Shown: positions 59,230 through 64,000 of the stretch, one piece after another
Layout: each line of letters begins with the position of its first letter
Position numbering within the stretch: position 1 is the first letter of the stretch
Assembly (NCBI GenBank): GCA_028690055.1
Contig: JAQVBZ010000002.1
Location: 29,978-93,977, forward strand
Direction: 5' to 3'
Source of the DNA: Minisyncoccota bacterium
GTDB taxonomy: Bacteria > Patescibacteriota > Minisyncoccia > JAHIHE01 > JAGLIN01
DNA length: 64,000 bases
Program-made: the position numbers and the translations under genes
The notes under the pieces: generated by a model
The model's database searches: none
What the model was told of the DNA's origin: nothing
The model's input: the letters and a program-made list of their open reading frames with translations, nothing else

Positions 59230-61455
59230 ATGGACATTAACCTTGTGGATGAGAATGTGGTGTTTGTTACTTTGATTGTTATCGCGGACATCTATCTCGG
59301 GTGTTGGGTTTATCTTAGCAATAAAAAATCGAATGCTAACAGGCAGTTTCTTGGTTTAACTCTGCTTCTCTTTTTGTGGGCATTATTCTGCTACGAGAAA
59401 AGTATTCTTCCCGCGTATATCAGTATCGTTCTTGTAAGATCCGCCTATGCCGTGGTTGCTTTATTTTTTGCTTTATTCCATTTCTTTCTTAACAATTTTC
59501 CCAAAGAAGGGAAGACTAATCGGATTTTTGACAAAATAATTCTTTGTGTCGGTGCTTTTCTCGCACTTTTTTCTTTCGATGAAAGTATGGTGGAAGGTAT
59601 AATTGTCATTAATGATAAAAACGTTCCCGCGCTGGGTGACGGACGGTTTATTTATTTGGGTCTGATATCACTTTTGATTTTATTTATTACAGTCAAATTC
59701 TTCAGGAAATATCGGAATTTTTCTAAAGTAGAGAAACTCAAGGCGGAATATTTTTTTATTGGATTTGTTATTTTTATAGCCATAAACTTTGTTTTTAATA
59801 TAGCTATTCCTGTATTGCAGGGGAATGCTCAATATTCTTGTCTGGGAAATCATGCGGCAATATTTTTTTTGGTTTTGACTGCTTATGCAATCGTCAAGCG
59901 TGAACTTATGGATATAGAGACTCTGCTTGCACAGATGTTGGTTGTAATTATTTCTTTTTTACTCTTTCTGGATATAATCTTTTTTTCAAATAGTTCCAGT
60001 ATCCAAGTGATAAAAATCGGCATCTTGCTGATATTTATTTTTTTAGGTAAGAAATTAGTAAAAAGTGTAAAGTCGGAAATCGAAGCGAAAGAAAAAATAC
60101 AGAAGGTGAATTCCAGTCTAAAGGAGAGAAATCAAGACCTTCACACTCTGTTCGAGACGAGCAATCGAGTGAGCCAAAGCCTTGATTCCAAAAAGATTTC
60201 ACAGGACGTTGTGGATAGCATACCTAAAGATTTGAAATATTTGGGTTATGCGTTCGGTGTAATCGCGCTTTATGATAAAGAAAAGGATTGTCTATGCGTA
60301 TATGCAGTTACAGATTCTGCATTGATGCGTAAGATGGAGGAAGAGACCCAGATTTCCATCAGCCAATTCCGCAAACACTTGTCTACGCATAATAATCTTA
60401 TAATCCGTACTATTAAAGATAAGAAGACTTACGTCGGCGACAATCTGGAGGATTTTTTTAGCGGTCTCATAGAAAAGGAAAAAAATGAGGAGATGCAGAA
60501 GATTTTGAAAGTGGGATCTTTTGTTTCGGTTCCTCTTTTTTCGTCCAGACGGGCGATAGGTGCTATTATTTTCGCTAATGAGAAGCAGGTCGGTTCTATC
60601 ACGGAAAGGAGCAAGGATATTATTTGCGCCTTTGCGTCTCACATCGGATCCTCTATTGAAAACGCGCAGCTTTACGAGAAGACTAACTCTCAGATGAAGG
60701 AAAAAGCACATCTTAACATAAGCTTACGTAAAGCGAATATTAAACTCAATGAGCTTTTGGAAATGAAGAATGAATTTTTACACATAACCTCTCATCAACT
60801 CAGGACTCCGATGACCGCCATCCGTGGAATGATTTCAATGTGGATCGAGGGAGACTTTGATAAGATGCCCAAGAAGAGAAAGGGTGAGATGCTAAGTAGG
60901 ATTTATGCCAGCGCGGAACGTCTCAATAATATCACTAACGATATGCTGGATGCATTGGAGTTTGAAGGTGGTGTTACGCAGATAACTTTCCAAAAGGTTA
61001 ACGTAGTGGAAATTATTAATGGCATGATAGAGACATTGAAATCGGAATATGATAAGAGGGGTTTATACCTGAGGCTCAGTGCTGTCAAGGAAGAGATTCC
61101 GGAAGTGGAGGGTGAGGCAAATTATTTGGGGCAGGTGTTTATGAATCTCATCGACAATGCCTGCAAGTATACGCGGAAGGGAGGGGTAAAAATTACTGTG
61201 AAAGCCGGCGTCAAATACGTCTACGTTTCTATTAGTGATACTGGTATCGGTATAGATCGGGAAGATAAAGGGAAAATTTTCGATAAATTTACTCGAGGTA
61301 AGAACGCTATGACGGAAAACGCTTCGGGGAGCGGCTTAGGTCTTTTTGTTGTTAAAAAGATCCTTGATGAGCATAACGGTAAAATAGCGATAAAAAGCAA
61401 TGGTGTGAGGAAGGGGACGACCTTTGAAGTTTCTCTTCTTATAAAGCAAAAATAA
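59230..61455 (+). CDS. multi-TM (HisKA_7TM-like) GAF sensor histidine kinase
   Basis: N-terminal TM bundle, GAF (FVSVPL...IENAQLYE), SHQLRTP, NLIDNACKYT, DTGIGI, GSGLGL. Confidence 0.93.
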   Translation: MDINLVDENVVFVTLIVIADIYLGCWVYLSNKKSNANRQFLGLTLLLFLWALFCYEKSILPAYISIVLVRSAYAVVALFFALFHFFLNNFPKEGKTNRIFDKIILCVGAFLALFSFDESMVEGIIVINDKNVPALGDGRFIYLGLISLLILFITVKFFRKYRNFSKVEKLKAEYFFIGFVIFIAINFVFNIAIPVLQGNAQYSCLGNHAAIFFLVLTAYAIVKRELMDIETLLAQMLVVIISFLLFLDIIFFSNSSSIQVIKIGILLIFIFLGKKLVKSVKSEIEAKEKIQKVNSSLKERNQDLHTLFETSNRVSQSLDSKKISQDVVDSIPKDLKYLGYAFGVIALYDKEKDCLCVYAVTDSALMRKMEEETQISISQFRKHLSTHNNLIIRTIKDKKTYVGDNLEDFFSGLIEKEKNEEMQKILKVGSFVSVPLFSSRRAIGAIIFANEKQVGSITERSKDIICAFASHIGSSIENAQLYEKTNSQMKEKAHLNISLRKANIKLNELLEMKNEFLHITSHQLRTPMTAIRGMISMWIEGDFDKMPKKRKGEMLSRIYASAERLNNITNDMLDALEFEGGVTQITFQKVNVVEIINGMIETLKSEYDKRGLYLRLSAVKEEIPEVEGEANYLGQVFMNLIDNACKYTRKGGVKITVKAGVKYVYVSISDTGIGIDREDKGKIFDKFTRGKNAMTENASGSGLGLFVVKKILDEHNGKIAIKSNGVRKGTTFEVSLLIKQK

Positions 61456-61791
61456 TATTATGGGATTCGTTGGAGGAATGAAGTGGGTATTAAAAACAAT
61501 TTTGAGAATAAATTTAAGCTCAAGTCAATTCCTTTAATTTCCGATATTGCAACGGCGAACGTGATGGAACAATTGTCGGACAAATCTTTGCAAATCGGAA
61601 ATGATTTTGAGGGAAAAATAGCTAGTGGGGAATAACTTTATATTAAATATAGAAACTCAGCTGTGGATAGCCGAGTTTTTTGATATGTTTTTGCGGTAAA
61701 TATGGCTATATAGAGCCAATAAATGGCTATTTCTGACTTTGGGGAGATAGTATTGGCAAATGTCTTGAAGTGGTGTATAATGGAGTTACAG

Positions 61792-61840
61792 GTGGTAAAA
61801 GTGGATGAAAGTGGGGAAAACCTGGATAAATTGTGGATAA
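61792..61840 (+). promoter_or_regulatory. MraZ-type GTGG direct repeats and a DnaA box
   Basis: GTGG at 61792, 61801, 61811; TGTGGATAA (TTATCCACA) at 61832-61840. Confidence 0.65.
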
Positions 61841-61849
61841 CTCAAACAA

Positions 61850-62281
61850 ATGTTCATCGGGGAATACAATCACAACTTGGATGAGAAGGGAAGATTGGCC
61901 ATACCGGTCAAGTTTCGCGATGAACTAAAAGGCGGTGCGGTAGTGACTAAAGGTCTTGATGGTTGTTTGTTTATGTATCCGATGAACGAATGGAAGGTTT
62001 TGGCGGATAAACTCAGTCAATTGCCTATCAGCCAGGCGAATACCCGGGCTTTTGCGAGATTGATGCTTGCCGGCGCCATGGATGTTTCTTTGGATAAGCA
62101 GGGAAGGATTATGATTCCTGATTATCTAAGGAAATATATCAATCTATCTAAGAAGGTTATAATCAATGGGCTTTATAACCGCTTGGAAATCTGGGACGAA
62201 GACGGTTGGGATGAGTACAAAAAGAAGACTGAAGCTGACAGTGGGACAATCGCTGAGCAGTTGGGCGGAATCGGGATTTAA
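61850..62281 (+). CDS. mraZ: division/cell wall cluster repressor MraZ
   Basis: MFIGEY..NLDEKGRLAIP, DKQGRIMIP, RLEIW. Confidence 0.97.
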   Translation: MFIGEYNHNLDEKGRLAIPVKFRDELKGGAVVTKGLDGCLFMYPMNEWKVLADKLSQLPISQANTRAFARLMLAGAMDVSLDKQGRIMIPDYLRKYINLSKKVIINGLYNRLEIWDEDGWDEYKKKTEADSGTIAEQLGGIGI

Positions 62282-62431
62282 AAATAATCAAATACTTTAA
62301 GCTGTTAAAATACAGGTCATTACTCTCTCTCATCCCGACCTCTTTCCTAATGGGAGAAGGGGGGGCTGGTATCCGCAATGATGAAACAGTAAAAACGAAT
62401 TTAATTTGGCATAAATCTAATAAATATATAA

Positions 62432-63379
62432 ATGTCCTATTCTCATATTCCAGTTTTACTAAATGAGGTATTGCAATTCCTCGATCCCCAGCCGGGAGAG
62501 AATTTGATTGATGGTACGGTAGGCGGTGGTGGACATAGCAAGGCGATTCTGGAAAAGACTGGTCCGGATGGAAAGCTATTGGGAATTGATATGGATGCGG
62601 AGGCGATTGAAGCTTGCCGGATGAATCTCGACAAATTTGAGAATAGAATAATCTTGGAAAGAGACAATTACTTGGATTTTAAAAGGCTGAAGGAAAAGAA
62701 CGATTTTGAGTCACTGGATCTTTTCTTTCTTGATTTGGGAATATCTTCCAAGCAATTGGACGATGAGATGCTCGGAATTTCGTTTTTGAAGAATTCGCCG
62801 TTGGATATGCGTTTGGGCGGAGAGGAGATTACCGGCGGGGTAAGCGCGGAGAAGATACTCAATAGTTACAGTGAAGAAAAGATTTTCGATATAATAAAAA
62901 ATTACGGCGAAGAGAGATATGCAAAGCTCATTGCCAGAGAAATAGTCAAGGTAAGGAAAGAAAAAAGGATTGAAAGCACGAAAGAACTCGTGGATATCAT
63001 CAGTGATTCGGTGCCGGGGAAATACAAGCATGGCAGGATCCATTTCGCTACGCGCACTTTCCAGGCGCTGCGTATCGCGGTAAATGCTGAGCTGATCAAC
63101 TTGGAGAAAGTCTTGCCGCAGATACTTGAGGAGATGGAAGTCGGTGGACGGATCGGAATCATCTCTTTCCATTCGCTGGAAGACCGGATTGTGAAGAGAT
63201 TCTTTGCTACCGAGTCTCGGGACTGCATCTGCGGACCGGAAGTTCCCGTTTGTGTTTGTGGGCATCAGAAGAGACTGCAGCTTCTTACAAAAAAACCGGC
63301 CAGAGCGTCGTTGGAAGAGATGGAAAGAAATCCCCGAGCCCGGAGCGCCAAGCTCAGAGTTGCAAAAAAAATAATCTAA
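62432..63379 (+). CDS. rsmH: 16S rRNA m4C1402 methyltransferase RsmH
   Basis: HIPVLL, DGTVGGGGHS, DLGISS, FQALRIAVN, FHSLEDR, NPRARSAKLR. Confidence 0.97.
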   Translation: MSYSHIPVLLNEVLQFLDPQPGENLIDGTVGGGGHSKAILEKTGPDGKLLGIDMDAEAIEACRMNLDKFENRIILERDNYLDFKRLKEKNDFESLDLFFLDLGISSKQLDDEMLGISFLKNSPLDMRLGGEEITGGVSAEKILNSYSEEKIFDIIKNYGEERYAKLIAREIVKVRKEKRIESTKELVDIISDSVPGKYKHGRIHFATRTFQALRIAVNAELINLEKVLPQILEEMEVGGRIGIISFHSLEDRIVKRFFATESRDCICGPEVPVCVCGHQKRLQLLTKKPARASLEEMERNPRARSAKLRVAKKII

Positions 63380-63400
63380 ACAATAACAAAGATAAATAAG

Positions 63401-63778
63401 ATGGCAAAGTTAAGAAGCCGAAGCTCACGCTTTGAAAAAAAGAAAATCGTATTTGCAAGTGCGAAAAGAAAGACGGTATCCCAAAAGTTGAGGGACAGCG
63501 AATCTTTTCTTACTATTTTATCGATTTTTTGTTTGACTATAATCGGCGTTTCTTATATTTTCCAAACCAACAGTATGGCAACATCGGGATATGAGGTAGA
63601 AGAATATCAAAATCGGCTGGATGCTCTTCGCAATGATAATCAGAATATGAAAAATGAGGAGGCAGAACTGCGTTCTATCAAGAACTTGGAGGATGAGAAG
63701 GGCAGGCTTTGCGAGGTGGACTCTTCGGAAATTGATTATGTGACTTATACAGATACGGCGGTTGCCATGAGACGATAG
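63401..63778 (+). CDS. FtsL-like cell division protein
   Basis: Basic N-terminus, single TM, coiled coil; located between rsmH and a PBP gene. Confidence 0.7.
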   Translation: MAKLRSRSSRFEKKKIVFASAKRKTVSQKLRDSESFLTILSIFCLTIIGVSYIFQTNSMATSGYEVEEYQNRLDALRNDNQNMKNEEAELRSIKNLEDEKGRLCEVDSSEIDYVTYTDTAVAMRR

Positions 63779-63809
63779 ATATAATTAATATTTGGGGGCT
63801 CTGCAAGAT

Positions 63810-64000
63810 ATGAAAGCGAAAAGAAAAGCAAAAAAAGTAAGTGGGTCAGACTCGCGGATGCAGTTCTTAATCACTGCGATTTTTTTGTTATTTGCTCTAA
63901 TTTTTTTGAGGTTGTGTCAATTGCAGGTCTTCAAGCACGGATTTTACAGCGCTCTTGCCCAGGGACAGCATGAACTATATACCAAGATCATTCCGCAGCG
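63810..64000 (+). CDS. penicillin-binding protein (FtsI/PBP2-like), 3'-truncated
   Basis: MKAKRK...TM...RLCQLQV...Y.ALAQGQH...IIPQR; dcw position. Confidence 0.8.
   Translation, partial: MKAKRKAKKVSGSDSRMQFLITAIFLLFALIFLRLCQLQVFKHGFYSALAQGQHELYTKIIPQ

Overview
Bacterial chromosomal segment read with genetic code 11. The gene content is typical of Patescibacteria (CPR, probably Parcubacteria); this assignment is inferred from short HrcA, split rplU/rpmA, many orphan ORFs and few biosynthetic genes. Housekeeping genes include rplU, recR, dnaB, cysS, corA, hrcA-grpE-dnaK with a CIRCE site, a MacAB-like ABC exporter, rny-ymdB, HU, envelope genes, rplI, pyrG, rpmA, priA, three tRNA-Pro genes, rpmB, rpsL-rpsG and mraZ-rsmH-ftsL-ftsI. 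Many intergenic gaps hold short palindromic repeats from at least five families. Three items stand out. (1) A small GIY-YIG nuclease gene plus two tandem ~200-bp repeat units lies between perfect 23-bp inverted repeats of the window-wide TGTCAT...ATGACA family, suggesting a RAYT/REP-like mobility system run by a GIY-YIG nuclease. (2) An accessory island between rpsG and mraZ holds two enzyme + sensor kinase modules: cysteine desulfurase/DUF4395-like protein/Cys-rich kinase, and a class I terpene-synthase-like protein with a multi-TM GAF kinase. (3) A decayed duplicate of the rpsG 3' end brackets the first module and now encodes the C-terminus of its kinase. No CRISPR array, rRNA or classical transposase/integrase was seen.
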